From positions 9,053-73,052 of the forward strand of contig CAZMTL010000005.1 of the NCBI GenBank assembly GCA_964569575.1: DNA of 64,000 nucleotides. The letters run 5' to 3'. Positions within the stretch are counted from its first letter, which is position 1. Every line of letters starts with the position of its first letter. The stretch is from an uncultured Gammaproteobacteria bacterium. Its GTDB lineage: Bacteria; Patescibacteriota; Patescibacteriia; UBA9934. Made by a program: the position numbers and the translations under genes. Below the pieces are notes generated by a model. The model was not told the DNA's origin. It ran no database searches and saw only the letters and a list, made by a program, of their open reading frames with translations. Positions 10,901 to 17,440 of this stretch are shown piece by piece.

Positions 10901-11150
10901 GGAAGAGTTGCGTGACATGTATGAATCGATTGTGAATTCAATCTTGAATATCACTGTTTCACTTACACATCAGGGAGAAACGATGTCAGTGACTCTGCCT
11001 GCGGGGTCGAATACACAGTTGGCGATTCCGGGAGCGTTTGCGTGTAATGGATTAACTGAACAGTCGATGACAATTAAAGCGTCCTTTGTTGATACGGGTG
11101 AAGGAACGGTTCAGTTGAGTGGTGGAGAAATTGATATGTGTCGTCCTTAA
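1917..11150 (+). CDS. Giant (about 3077 aa) pilin-domain fusion adhesin. Domain order: signal/TM, VirB2/TrbC-like hairpin (VIYAGFLWMTAAGNSEQVDKAKR), Gly/Asp linker, Big_5 Ig-like domains, IPT/TIG repeats (about nt 3190-4300), a Cys-rich repeat array (5731-6300), a second Cys-rich region (8620-9980), and a C-terminal von Willebrand factor A domain with MIDAS DESRS (about 10160-10760)
   Basis: ORF track 1806..11150; ATG at 1917 directly precedes the signal peptide MSSFFRSIFTLLFSAILFGGFWVLPVNAQ, 1 nt after the upstream stop; motifs read from the translation (GxYVTVTGSGF repeats, CGNGVVExGEDCDDGNxxxGDGCSxxC repeats, DESRSM...IIVIFSDGN). Confidence 0.85.
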   Translation: MSSFFRSIFTLLFSAILFGGFWVLPVNAQVADQVNDSLTVVGEGSGLSNQDLPTTIAKIINVVISLSGIILLVLVIYAGFLWMTAAGNSEQVDKAKRILVQAVIGLIIVFASFAITQFVISSLSNATGLQDGGSGGDDDDDGGGLGGSGSTSFTVAGVVPQGEVLIRNIVVQATFSRVVDESSVNNNSFQVVRVSDQEEVDGDLIVLGNRISFTPDQTCPDPNGDRFCFDENTAYEIRLTGDLESTNGRNLTTCANGCSYLFTSGSVVDVENPTVRFTVPAANERVSVNEVVPVQVFATDDYAVAGSDFAVDQAFFDSVGVPGVQTEVAIDSAWDTTTPVATVENTSYTLLSQVRDLAGNTATAQRSVRATPAHCFNGVVDSGATPPEEGLDCGGVCGACNGGACTENDQCSSGACLNGTCQSIPVISDVSPRDGAPGTYVTVTGSGFESVAGIVYFSDGSGGLVPSAVTACGEGWSATEIIVAVPEGAVDGPLTLQTNSGLEDTTNNDTGAFIEDFDVNTLERPSICRLAPNSSPSGSFVDVIGVNFGTTEAAVLFEGAQTVEARTYASWSDSEIELTVPSVRVGLHDVFVRVGGIESNKVQFNASEILSNAPVLATVAPASGGAGQYVTFSGSNFGTATGLVYFENVLTGVKTIADTNFPAVCAEGFWRADEVVVKVPDVDEGAYFVSVERGTDGADSNTLDFLVTNAAPTPGICSVSPARGLEGADVVISGENFGSQQGRALFYNEVSAINPVWGTSQISVTVPDGTSTGPLVIENAAGVQGNSVLFELGETDGDVDDAGAVAQYSWTFSTGQIPIAPSVVQACNENTISAVPNAVFSQNVCVNALVVAEFDTLMRHQTITNQTILLERCDSASCASASAVGATVSASSSADRTAFSLQINQGNGRLSPSTTYRVTVSDLVQSLDGTPMNQPFSWTFTTSTSSEDCDVEEVRVSPTRQTLSVLDQQAEYRALPVFGDCQVLVAEDYSWQWSVDESVASIDDTCDEILDGSCATVSALAEGEAVVTASSIDSGISGTGDLVVQFTDPFVQSFWPACSLACVNAQVGASFNIPVLAATVERSGAVALYECSNEFCTDLTLVSENADCVDGSDGCEGFTVRVNQLLRTSTYYRVVVSGDVQSQSGVPLTRLNYGEDYSWTFLTRADAQECAVARVDLSPGNAQVEVVGATQRFTATPFGEADACSVAGQRLNAYGYSWDWTNPIDSSSQSDDNIASWVTLGGELFDANPSSIPAGCSSACTAVGSFPLFAICGNNVVETGEDCDDGNTTGGDGCSSMCLNEGVVGGVCGNTVLDAGEECDDGNSTNGDGCSDMCLREGSQASGLTCGDGIVSRDTRYGGEDCDDGNKKGGDGCSAVCLNEGSQSISTVAAACGNGVVETPYETCDDGNGVSGDGCSNRCLREGISATVATGFICGNGVTERLPSGGGEDCDGGEGCSVTCRFEGSSTDYSTPSVCGDGIAGIGELAMCEAGYSGDGFDDPVQLAVIDGDAAQFVDESGLATQSIEVTLAPVTATANLQLSCSANSDADCPVGFGADQNGCCSERPTITAFPNGANACLNSAIYVTSNREMDLASFDDAAYVVYEGASCPQNHTTLALYRAVHKNWFARAWISIQTFFVRGANAQVSGDCVVPVERFVQSKVSDTEYRISFITNTLLEAGAPYAIVLEAGAEGVTTSTGVALANEVRQSFSTGSEICRLSQVEIVDETGVVPGLFRSLSETHDMIALPYAVLNGVRSEIQPVQGVYSWNWLPWQEDSGATLFSVQNQTTTPDRASVSTLGENGEATLVAQAQIIENSAPTGVVVDDTLRLRALLCENPWPSADLFPFEDSQAGFDRGIPNLLQTPDWMNFETYYCRDTSTEGALLPSLNIVSSTDTTSAGVIKEYFFAVGASRDVIGIRVVANPQYLSPSDWYTAQGFTGTASEEQVDGFEAVRSGRTIYVAAPNVSNVGTAMYSNIYAISYNEDASAQTQQIFEQLLDNWNFAIALEDVRLCQEGGVYTSTVCSADVECSATAGAVCGSEKAKITRDTKRLADITTISRQLSAYAVQNRFCSQTTGLSCLSNADCPGTELCVDTYPQLDAGTFVRSIDSSAWPSWNEVLGTQIGAIPSDPLNRYNACGEGTAYGDHDAATCVNQTTGVYLCPENSYAYHYRSVGANAFELSAELEYVGTGAQAWVNAIDPVAGDQRTIRVGNANPNSGAGFSSAQAFCSNASYGGSDICGDGIVGPNEVCEVGQAGAMNTCDLNGDGAADSVRPTVCNASCTGFVETAGADADVCASFACGNGVIEQGEACDDGALNGQYGYCSSTCSGAGFFCGDGRIAGGESCDCGLDGSGVSASGGACSSPNGVYGSNLNNTCAWDCGGSAAFCGDSIIQAGEQCDGNVETWAGAVCRTGANMGDACTTDADCGGGVCGGSRPTNACPTSRVCLDGPQEGYGCTADVQCPGSTCSVFTVQTARTKTCADNGLAGDSCSWVGGDTFIGKDCRAAVSCGNGVVDAGEQCDDGNDVNTDACTNSCIANVCGDGIVQAGVEQCDLGTQNGQQCSSAYQSSCNYCSPTCTLLASSGAFCGDGVRNGGEFCDAGDLQYYWYSASTRTVRNDVATCLATQVGQTVTVAGVQYACTNIGACNGGVNNADLCSSNAQCGGGGSCVFPQCDLSCGSSCPLTLTPASVQFLDNQVGAVRSGTVDLLSASETLDAVLLGDPNAATAYIPACRVADDFIIDISGTNRSYPDVEVMFVLDESRSMTSSLGGQPRLQVLNDAVNDAIDALFDGYLGRSATMSIGLSSFGGSHFVPNTNRTEVRDMLVLSTRDAASRNRAEVKAAANLVLTQAIMNPEGTPLYEAIRDARDGFTDDPDSHKIIVIFSDGNVYNPQAEYASFQSHLATPYDQGGTMDAPKYMAEVSDLIDLYKSPAGGDIEVFTAILSSGACNAQQMQRWSSMTCTAQPRGCAPISAEGNHSCVVPPNGVNYAYQASTAEELRDMYESIVNSILNITVSLTHQGETMSVTLPAGSNTQLAIPGAFACNGLTEQSMTIKASFVDTGEGTVQLSGGEIDMCRP
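5731..6300 (+). repeat. In-frame tandem DNA repeats (about 96-108 nt period, 5-6 copies) encoding myxo-type cysteine-rich repeats (C-G-N/D-G-x-V-E-x-G-E-x-C-D-D-G-N-x3-G-D-G-C-S-x2-C)
   Basis: Recurring 'gaggattgtgatgatggaaa...ggtgacggctgttcg...tgtttg' units visible at nucleotide level. Confidence 0.8.
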
Positions 11151-11151
11151 T

Positions 11152-12036
11152 ATGCAAGATTCGCAAGAACAACTACAGCCGGTGGAGTGGGTTGAGGTAA
11201 ATCCAAATCCTCAACCCAAGCCCAAGGCTCCAAAAGAACTTTCACCTGCGCTCCGTATTGTTATTTTTGTTGTTGGATTGATTGTGTGTTTGGGATTGGT
11301 TGCGCTATTGGTTGTTTCGATCGTGCGAACGGTTTTTGAAACAGATAATCGACAAACACAAGAGCAGATGCGCCAAGATGTTGCCGAGGCGGTGTTGATT
11401 TGTGATGACGCAGAAGATCGTGAGGGATGCGTGGAGCAGGTGAGTGTGCAGCTTGCGCAAGAACGAGGAGACGTTTCGTATTGTTTTTTGCTCGACCAGG
11501 GATTGCGAGACGACTGTGTTTTGAATGCTGCTATCTCGCTGAATGATCGCGGGATGTGTTCGCAGATGCAGGATGAAGCTCGTCGAGAACGGTGTGAAGA
11601 CGGATTATTTGTAAGTGCATTCGGATCGGATGCGCCGATCGAGATGTGTGATCGCTATCATGCTTCTGAACTGCGCGATAGTTGTATTGCTGTTCGAGTT
11701 CAGAATGCATTGCTTGCGGGCGAGTGTCCGGAACAAGCGACCGAAAGTGATTGCGCTGACTACGAGGTGATTCGCCGTGCGATTGCTGCTCGAGATGAAT
11801 CGATGTGTTTTGCGTTAGTGACGGATTCGTCGGAAGAAATGTGTCTTGGTCTTGTGAGTGAAGCTGTGTATCAATTTGAATTATCTGCCGAAGAAGGGAC
11901 TGTGGATACGGATGGGGATGGATTAACTGACGCCGAAGAGCGTTTACTTGGAACGAATCCGGCGTTGGTTGATACTGATGGTGATGGATTTAGTGATGGC
12001 GAAGAAGTTCGGAATGGCTTCGATCCTCTAAATTAG
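11152..12036 (+). CDS. Single-pass membrane protein with paired-Cys repeats and C-terminal thrombospondin type-3-like Ca-binding repeats (DTDGDGLTDAEE...DTDGDGFSDGEE)
   Basis: ORF track 11119..12036 trimmed to the ATG at 11152 (1 nt after the giant gene's stop); TM helix ALRIVIFVVGLIVCLGLVALLVVSIV; D-x-D-x-D-G-x-x-D-x-x-E motifs. Confidence 0.75.
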   Translation: MQDSQEQLQPVEWVEVNPNPQPKPKAPKELSPALRIVIFVVGLIVCLGLVALLVVSIVRTVFETDNRQTQEQMRQDVAEAVLICDDAEDREGCVEQVSVQLAQERGDVSYCFLLDQGLRDDCVLNAAISLNDRGMCSQMQDEARRERCEDGLFVSAFGSDAPIEMCDRYHASELRDSCIAVRVQNALLAGECPEQATESDCADYEVIRRAIAARDESMCFALVTDSSEEMCLGLVSEAVYQFELSAEEGTVDTDGDGLTDAEERLLGTNPALVDTDGDGFSDGEEVRNGFDPLN

Positions 12037-12080
12037 GTATCATATGAATAAATAGGATAGCTTCAATTACTTACGTTTCT

Positions 12081-12839
12081 ATGTTTGACGATCAACAATC
12101 ACAACCAACTCCAAAACCCCCAACGCCTCAGCAGCCTGTCGAGGATATGTTTGCTTCAACGGATGCTGTTGCTTCGGCTCCGGCGATGACCGCTTCGGTA
12201 GAGCAGGGCGGTGCCCCGATGAATTTACCAACCGCTCCTCCGGTAGAAGAACGTCAGATGCCTGTTCAGGCTCCAGTTACGCCTATGGCTCCTATGCCTG
12301 CGCCGGTTATGCCTTCGGACCGCATGAAGCCTCAGCCGACGATGGCGCCACCTTCGGCTGCTCGAACTCGACCTCCGGGTTCACGCGGGGGCGCGTTTAA
12401 AGTGATTTTTATTATTCTTGTTTCGCTCATTATTATTGCTATTGCTCTTTTCCTTGCCTACGCATTGGTGGTGGCGCCGAAGAGCGGTGACGTTGTGGAT
12501 TCGCTCGAGGATGATTCGTTGGTTGAAGATGATGTTGTCGTCGAGGACGAACCTGAGGTTCCGGTTATTGAAGAGGACCCAGTTGTAGTAGCGCCAATCG
12601 ATACAGACGGAGATGGATTAACAGATGCGGAAGAAGCTGCGGCGGGCACGTCGCCGTTGCGAGCGGATACGGATAGTGATGGATTGGGTGATCGAGAAGA
12701 AGTGAAAGTGTACGGAACAGACCCACTTGACGCAGATACGGATAAGGATGGGTATACGGATGGTGAAGAGGTGAGTTCGGGATATAACCCAAATGGACCA
12801 GGAAAGCTATTTGAAGTTCCGCAGGATATTAAAGAATAG
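12081..12839 (+). CDS. Pro-rich single-pass membrane protein with C-terminal TSP3-like Ca-binding repeats (paralog of the previous gene)
   Basis: TM helix FKVIFIILVSLIIIAIALFLAYALVVA; DTDGDGLTDAEE / DTDSDGLGDREE / DTDKDGYTDGEE. Confidence 0.75.
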   Translation: MFDDQQSQPTPKPPTPQQPVEDMFASTDAVASAPAMTASVEQGGAPMNLPTAPPVEERQMPVQAPVTPMAPMPAPVMPSDRMKPQPTMAPPSAARTRPPGSRGGAFKVIFIILVSLIIIAIALFLAYALVVAPKSGDVVDSLEDDSLVEDDVVVEDEPEVPVIEEDPVVVAPIDTDGDGLTDAEEAAAGTSPLRADTDSDGLGDREEVKVYGTDPLDADTDKDGYTDGEEVSSGYNPNGPGKLFEVPQDIKE

Positions 12840-12844
12840 TTGGT

Positions 12845-13813
12845 ATGGCACGTCGGAAGGAGGAGCGAAATTCGGCAAAGGTAACACAAAAGGAGTCAGA
12901 TTCTTTTGATTCTGTTGTATTTAAAGTGATGCCGAAGGAATTTTTAGGTGAAGGCGTTGAGCGTGTAGCGCCAGTTGAGGCGAAGTCTGTCCCGAAGCCT
13001 GTTCCTGCGCCTGTTGTTGTACCGCCCGCGCCAGTGCAGCCGACGATCACGAAGCCGGTTGCTATAAAGAAAAACAAGCGACGAGGTCCTGTTTTGTTAA
13101 TTGTATTCGGGCTACTCTTTCTGCTTGGACTTTCTGCGGCAGCGGTAGTATTACTTACTATTCTTTCGGAAGAAGATCCTGAGCCAATTGTGCCGGTTGT
13201 AGAAGACCCTGTTGTTATTCCTCCTGTGATTGAAGATCCTGTCGAGGAAGAGCCTTCGATTACGCAGGGAATCGATACGGATAGTGATGGTTTAACGGAT
13301 AGGGAAGAGGCATTGTACGGTACGGATGCACGCAATCCTGATACGGATGGTGATACATTTTTGGATGGAAATGAAGTGTTTCATCGGTATGATCCGCTTG
13401 GGTTTGCTCCATCTACGTTGCTTGATACGGGAAGTGTGGTTGAATATCGATCGGAAGTTGGCGGATACGCGCTTACCTATCCTCGCCAATGGAGCCTGAC
13501 GAGCACGGAAGGTGCTGGTATTACTTTGCGGGCGCAGACGGGTGCTACGATTGGGGTGATTGATTATGGTAAATCAGCCGAACAAGCGTTTTCTGCCTGG
13601 CTGGGTGAGGTCTATCCACAGATAGTATCGACGGACTTAAAGCAGGGGCTGACAAAGGCGGGATATGTTAGTTACACTACTGACGACCAGCGAACGGCTT
13701 TTCTGGTATTTGATTCGCGTGTTGTTGTGTTTACGTATACGCTTGGGAATAGTTTGGTGATAGACTATCTACAGACGTTCCAGATGATGGTGAATAGCTT
13801 CTTTTTAGAATAA
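12845..13813 (+). CDS. Single-pass membrane protein with central TSP3-like Ca-binding repeats and a C-terminal globular domain (third paralog)
   Basis: TM helix VLLIVFGLLFLLGLSAAAVVLLTIL; DTDSDGLTDREE...DTDGDTFLDGNE. Confidence 0.75.
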   Translation: MARRKEERNSAKVTQKESDSFDSVVFKVMPKEFLGEGVERVAPVEAKSVPKPVPAPVVVPPAPVQPTITKPVAIKKNKRRGPVLLIVFGLLFLLGLSAAAVVLLTILSEEDPEPIVPVVEDPVVIPPVIEDPVEEEPSITQGIDTDSDGLTDREEALYGTDARNPDTDGDTFLDGNEVFHRYDPLGFAPSTLLDTGSVVEYRSEVGGYALTYPRQWSLTSTEGAGITLRAQTGATIGVIDYGKSAEQAFSAWLGEVYPQIVSTDLKQGLTKAGYVSYTTDDQRTAFLVFDSRVVVFTYTLGNSLVIDYLQTFQMMVNSFFLE

Positions 13814-13817
13814 GTGC

Positions 13818-14243
13818 ATGATTACCCTCGATGTTGATCAATCCGGACTCCCTGCAGACTCTGTTCTTTCAGATACGCTTTTGGCGTTGGTGGCAAAAGA
13901 ACTAAACGCTCGTATTCCTTCAGTGCCAGAGGGGTTGGTTGCGGTTGGGTTTATTTCGGATACGGAAATGCAGGAGCTCAACTTAAAGTATCGCAATAAG
14001 GATAAGACGACGGATGTGTTGTCGTTTTCGTATATGGACGATGAGCGGTCGGAGACATTGGGCGATGTGGTGATTTCGTTTGAGCAGGTAAAGAGACAGC
14101 AGGAAGATGGAGTTGAACAGGAGATTGTGATGTTGATTATTCACGGGGTGCTTCATGTGATTGGGTACGATCACGAAGAAGACGCTGATGCAAAGGAAAT
14201 GTTTCCACTGCAAGACGGAATTTATGACGCTGTATATGAATAG
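13818..14243 (+). CDS. ybeY: Endoribonuclease YbeY (rRNA maturation factor)
   Basis: Conserved HGVLHVIGYDHEED zinc-binding motif (H-x3-H-x-x-G-x-D-H); size 141 aa. Confidence 0.9.
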   Translation: MITLDVDQSGLPADSVLSDTLLALVAKELNARIPSVPEGLVAVGFISDTEMQELNLKYRNKDKTTDVLSFSYMDDERSETLGDVVISFEQVKRQQEDGVEQEIVMLIIHGVLHVIGYDHEEDADAKEMFPLQDGIYDAVYE

Positions 14244-14622
14244 ACATCAATCGTTTTTTTCTAGTTTTAAACATGCGTTTCGTGGGTTGAAGTTAGTCGC
14301 AGTGCACGAGCGTAACTTTCGTATTCAGCTGTTTGTTGGTGCAGTAATTTTTGTGTTCATGACTATTTTGCCCTTGGCGCACTGGGAACGAATTTTGTTA
14401 GTGTTGTTGATTTCTGCGGTATTAGTGCTCGAGATTTTGAACACGTCCATTGAGCGGATTTCGGATTTACTTAAGCCTCGGTTGCATTCGGTGGTGAAGG
14501 ACGTAAAGGATATGACCGCAGGGGCAGTGTTGATTATGGCGATCACCTCAGTGGTTGTTGCTGTGATGATTTTTCGGACGTATGTGGTGGATTTATTCAC
14601 TTCAAATTTTCCAGGACTCTAA
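14224..14622 (+). CDS. dgkA: Diacylglycerol / undecaprenol kinase family protein (DgkA)
   Basis: Three TM helices and the E-I-L-N-T-S-I-E motif; start ambiguous (ATG at 14224 or 14236, both overlap the ybeY end); typical ybeY-dgkA synteny. Confidence 0.75.
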   Translation: MTLYMNRHQSFFSSFKHAFRGLKLVAVHERNFRIQLFVGAVIFVFMTILPLAHWERILLVLLISAVLVLEILNTSIERISDLLKPRLHSVVKDVKDMTAGAVLIMAITSVVVAVMIFRTYVVDLFTSNFPGL

Positions 14623-14625
14623 TCT

Positions 14626-14631
14626 TTCGGT
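14626..14631 (+). promoter_or_regulatory. Candidate -10 hexamer TATAAT 16 nt upstream of the ftsA start (TTTCCA -35 at 17-nt spacing)
   Basis: Sequence 'tttccaggactctaatctttcggtataatagg' immediately upstream of ftsA. Confidence 0.35.
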
Positions 14632-14646
14632 ATAATAGGATTACGT

Positions 14647-15900
14647 ATGGCAGAAGAAATAATCACAGGTCTGGATGTTGGTTCCTCGCATGTGCGGGTT
14701 GTCGTCGGTCAGGCAATGCCTTCCGAAGACGGGAAGCCAAAATTGCATGTTATCGGTGCTGTCGAGTCGCCTTCAGAAGGCATCCACAAGGGTGCTATTT
14801 CGAGCATGGATGATGCTGTTTCTTCGATTTCAAAAGCACTCGAAAAGGCGGAGCGCATGACAGGCGTTGCCGTAAATGCAGCCTGGGCTTCGATTGCTGG
14901 TCAAAATATTTTGGTTCAAGAAAGTAGGGGGGTAGTTGGAGCAAGTAAGCCGGACGGTGAGATTACGGAAGATGATGTTAATCGTGCGATTGAAGCGGCG
15001 CGTACGGTTGCTACTCCTTCAAATTACGAAGTTCTCCATGTATTGCCGAAAAGTTTTACGGTAGATGGTCAAAAAGGAATCAAGGATCCTGTTGGAATGA
15101 ATGGGATTCGTTTGGAAGTGGATGCCGTGATCATTCAAACGCTTTCTTCGCAGGTGAAGAATTTAACCAAAAGTATTTATCGTACAGGGCTTGATATAGA
15201 AGATTTGGTTTTTTCTCCTCTTGCAACGGCGGAAGCGGTGCTGACTCAACGTCAGAAAGAGTTGGGTGTGTGCGTGATTGATATTGGCGCGACCACGACA
15301 ACGATGGCTGTGTTTGAAGAAGGGGATATTTTGCACGTTGCTGTACTGCCAATTGGTGGGGATCATGTAACGAGCGATGTCGCGATTGCGCTTCGGACTT
15401 CCCTCGAAGTGGCGGAACAGGTGAAGTTACTTGTGGGTAATGCCGTCCCTGATCAGATTGATCGCAAGAATCCTTATTCGTTAAAAGAGTTTGGAGGCAG
15501 TGAGGATGAGCCTGTGAAGCCAAAGTTTATTGCCGAAGTGATCGAAGCTCGGGCCGAAGAGTTGTTCGAAACGATCGATGACGAGCTGCGCAAAATTGAT
15601 CGCTCGGGTATGTTGCCGGTTGGTGTTGTGTTGACCGGTGGAGGAGTGAAGTTACCGGGAATGTTGGAGGTAGCGAAGCGAGTGCTTCGATTGCCTGCAA
15701 CCATTGGTTCAGCCGAAACAGTAAGTAGTGTAGTGGACGAAGCGCGTGATCCTTCTTTTGCTACGGCTGTTGGATTAGCACTATGGGGGTTTACCGTGAG
15801 TGCGAATGTGCAGAAAAAATTCAGTTTCAATATTAAGTTTAAAGGGGTCGATCAGATTACGGATCAGCTAAGGAAGTTTATCAAGTCGATCATTCCGTAA
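14647..15900 (+). CDS. ftsA: Cell division protein FtsA (actin-like ATPase)
   Basis: Actin-fold motifs (ITGLDVGSSHVRVVVGQ; VIDIGATTTTMAVF); directly upstream of ftsZ. Confidence 0.9.
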   Translation: MAEEIITGLDVGSSHVRVVVGQAMPSEDGKPKLHVIGAVESPSEGIHKGAISSMDDAVSSISKALEKAERMTGVAVNAAWASIAGQNILVQESRGVVGASKPDGEITEDDVNRAIEAARTVATPSNYEVLHVLPKSFTVDGQKGIKDPVGMNGIRLEVDAVIIQTLSSQVKNLTKSIYRTGLDIEDLVFSPLATAEAVLTQRQKELGVCVIDIGATTTTMAVFEEGDILHVAVLPIGGDHVTSDVAIALRTSLEVAEQVKLLVGNAVPDQIDRKNPYSLKEFGGSEDEPVKPKFIAEVIEARAEELFETIDDELRKIDRSGMLPVGVVLTGGGVKLPGMLEVAKRVLRLPATIGSAETVSSVVDEARDPSFATAVGLALWGFTVSANVQKKFSFNIKFKGVDQITDQLRKFIKSIIP

Positions 15901-15914
15901 GTCGATAAAATAGT

Positions 15915-15950
15915 TCTAAAAAAACCGTTCGCCAAGGCTAGCGGTTTTTT
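15915..15950. terminator. Bidirectional terminator after ftsA (A7 - AACCG...CGGTT stem - T7)
   Basis: aaaaaaaccgttcgccaaggctagcggttttttc. Confidence 0.5.
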
Positions 15951-16032
15951 CTTTTTATACACAAGCGTTTTTTGACTTACCACCTCCGTGTGATAAGTTA
16001 TGAACAGAATTTTTGTTTAATATTAGCGAAAT

Positions 16033-16051
16033 TGAACAACAAAGTTGTTCA
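16033..16051. promoter_or_regulatory. Perfect 8-bp inverted repeat TGAACAAC-AAA-GTTGTTCA about 40 nt upstream of ftsZ; candidate operator
   Basis: Read directly from the sequence; shares a GAACA...TGTTC core with the palindrome upstream of lexA. Confidence 0.4.
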
Positions 16052-16089
16052 TGACTGAGTGCTAATCCTAAAATCCGTGTTCACGTTGT

Positions 16090-17385
16090 ATGGCTCAAAT
16101 CAAACCCGAAATCGAAACGTTTGCGAAGATCAAAGTATTGGGAGTTGGAGGAGGTGGTGGCTCTGCTCTTATTCGCATGATCAACGAAAAATTGCGGGGT
16201 ATTGATTTTGTGGCGGTAAATACCGATGTGCAGGCATTGCATCAGAACTTGGCCGAACACAAGATTTCGATCGGGAAGACGGTTACTCGAGGATTGGGTG
16301 CTGGAATGAATCCAGAACTTGGTCGCCGGGCGGCGGAAGAAAGTGCGAACGATATTCGTAACGCGATTGCCGGTGCGGACATGGTTTTTTTGACAGGTGG
16401 ATTAGGTGGAGGAACTGGAAGCGGAGCCTTGCCTGAAATTGCGAAAATCGCTCGCGAATCTGGTTGTTTAACAGTTGCGGTCGTAACAAAACCATTTTCT
16501 TTCGAAGGCGCACAGCGAAAGCGTATTGCAGAAGAAGCATTCGCGGAACTTTCGAGTCATGTGGATACTATTATCACAATTCCAAACGACCGAGTTCTTC
16601 AGATTATTGATAAAAAAACATCACTTCTCGATGCGTTTCAGATTGTGGATGACGTACTTCGGCAGGGTGTTCAGGGAATTTCAGAAATTATTACTTTGCC
16701 AGGGTTGATCAACGTTGACTTTGCCGACGTAAAAGCGATTATGCAGAACGCGGGTTCGGCGTTGATGGGAATTGGTTCTGCTTCGGGCGAAAATCGTGCG
16801 GTAGATGCGGCTAAGATGGCGATCGCGAGTCCATTGTTGGAGCTTGCGATTGATGGCGCGAAAGGAATTTTGTTTACTGTAACTGGAAGTGCGGATTTAG
16901 CGATGTATGAAGTGGCGGAAGCTGCGAAGGTGATTACTGGTTCGGCGGATGACGACGCGAAAGTGATCTTTGGTGCAAATATTGATGAAAATTTGAGCGA
17001 TGAGGTGCGTATTACGGTGGTTGCTACTGGATTTGAAGGGCGCGAACGTCGTTCTGCTCCGGGATTGGCTGGAGATATGGAAATTAATTCTTCTGGAAGT
17101 TGGAGTCGGCCTGTGCGAAAAGAGCAGCCAGGATTTTCGGCAAATCCAATGCGGTCTGAACGCATGGATTCGCGACCGGAACGGATGGACTCGCGAGAAG
17201 AATCACCTTTCGAGCAGCGACGCGTGAGCGCAATGGATTCGTATCGCGATCGCGAAGATCGTCACCAGTCTGCGCCACAGGCTCCACAAGCGCCTCAGCA
17301 GCCGCCGCAGGTGCAAAAGCCGTCTAAGCAGGATGATGACGACGATCTAGGTATTCCTGCCTTTATTCGACGAAAAATGATGTAA
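16090..17385 (+). CDS. ftsZ: Cell division GTPase FtsZ with a long disordered C-terminal linker (SERMDSRPERMDSRE repeats) and a conserved C-terminal peptide DDDLGIPAFIRRKMM
   Basis: Tubulin signature GGGTGSG; VGGGGG Walker-like N-terminus. Confidence 0.95.
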   Translation: MAQIKPEIETFAKIKVLGVGGGGGSALIRMINEKLRGIDFVAVNTDVQALHQNLAEHKISIGKTVTRGLGAGMNPELGRRAAEESANDIRNAIAGADMVFLTGGLGGGTGSGALPEIAKIARESGCLTVAVVTKPFSFEGAQRKRIAEEAFAELSSHVDTIITIPNDRVLQIIDKKTSLLDAFQIVDDVLRQGVQGISEIITLPGLINVDFADVKAIMQNAGSALMGIGSASGENRAVDAAKMAIASPLLELAIDGAKGILFTVTGSADLAMYEVAEAAKVITGSADDDAKVIFGANIDENLSDEVRITVVATGFEGRERRSAPGLAGDMEINSSGSWSRPVRKEQPGFSANPMRSERMDSRPERMDSREESPFEQRRVSAMDSYRDREDRHQSAPQAPQAPQQPPQVQKPSKQDDDDDLGIPAFIRRKMM

Positions 17386-17416
17386 AAAAGTGCGCTCGTT
17401 GGAGCGCGCTTTTTTC
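17386..17416 (+). terminator. Rho-independent terminator after ftsZ (GCGCTC-GTTG-GAGCGCGC followed by T6)
   Basis: aaaaaagtgcgctcgttggagcgcgctttttt. Confidence 0.6.
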
Positions 17417-17440
17417 GATAAATCCCTGTATACTAGTTGT

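Noticed and set aside
12458-13335. Minus-strand ORFs 12458..12889, 12565..12792 and 12829..13335 antisense to the TSP3-repeat genes
   Set aside because: Ser/Thr/Gly-rich mirror translations of the acidic repeat genes, with no independent signals.
16671-17165. 164-aa minus ORF antisense to ftsZ, and similar antisense ORFs inside pyk, mreB (58346..58879), atpA and the giant genes (for example 3819..4442)
   Set aside because: Embedded in well-supported conserved genes on the opposite strand. No start/SD context, and composition typical of antisense frames.
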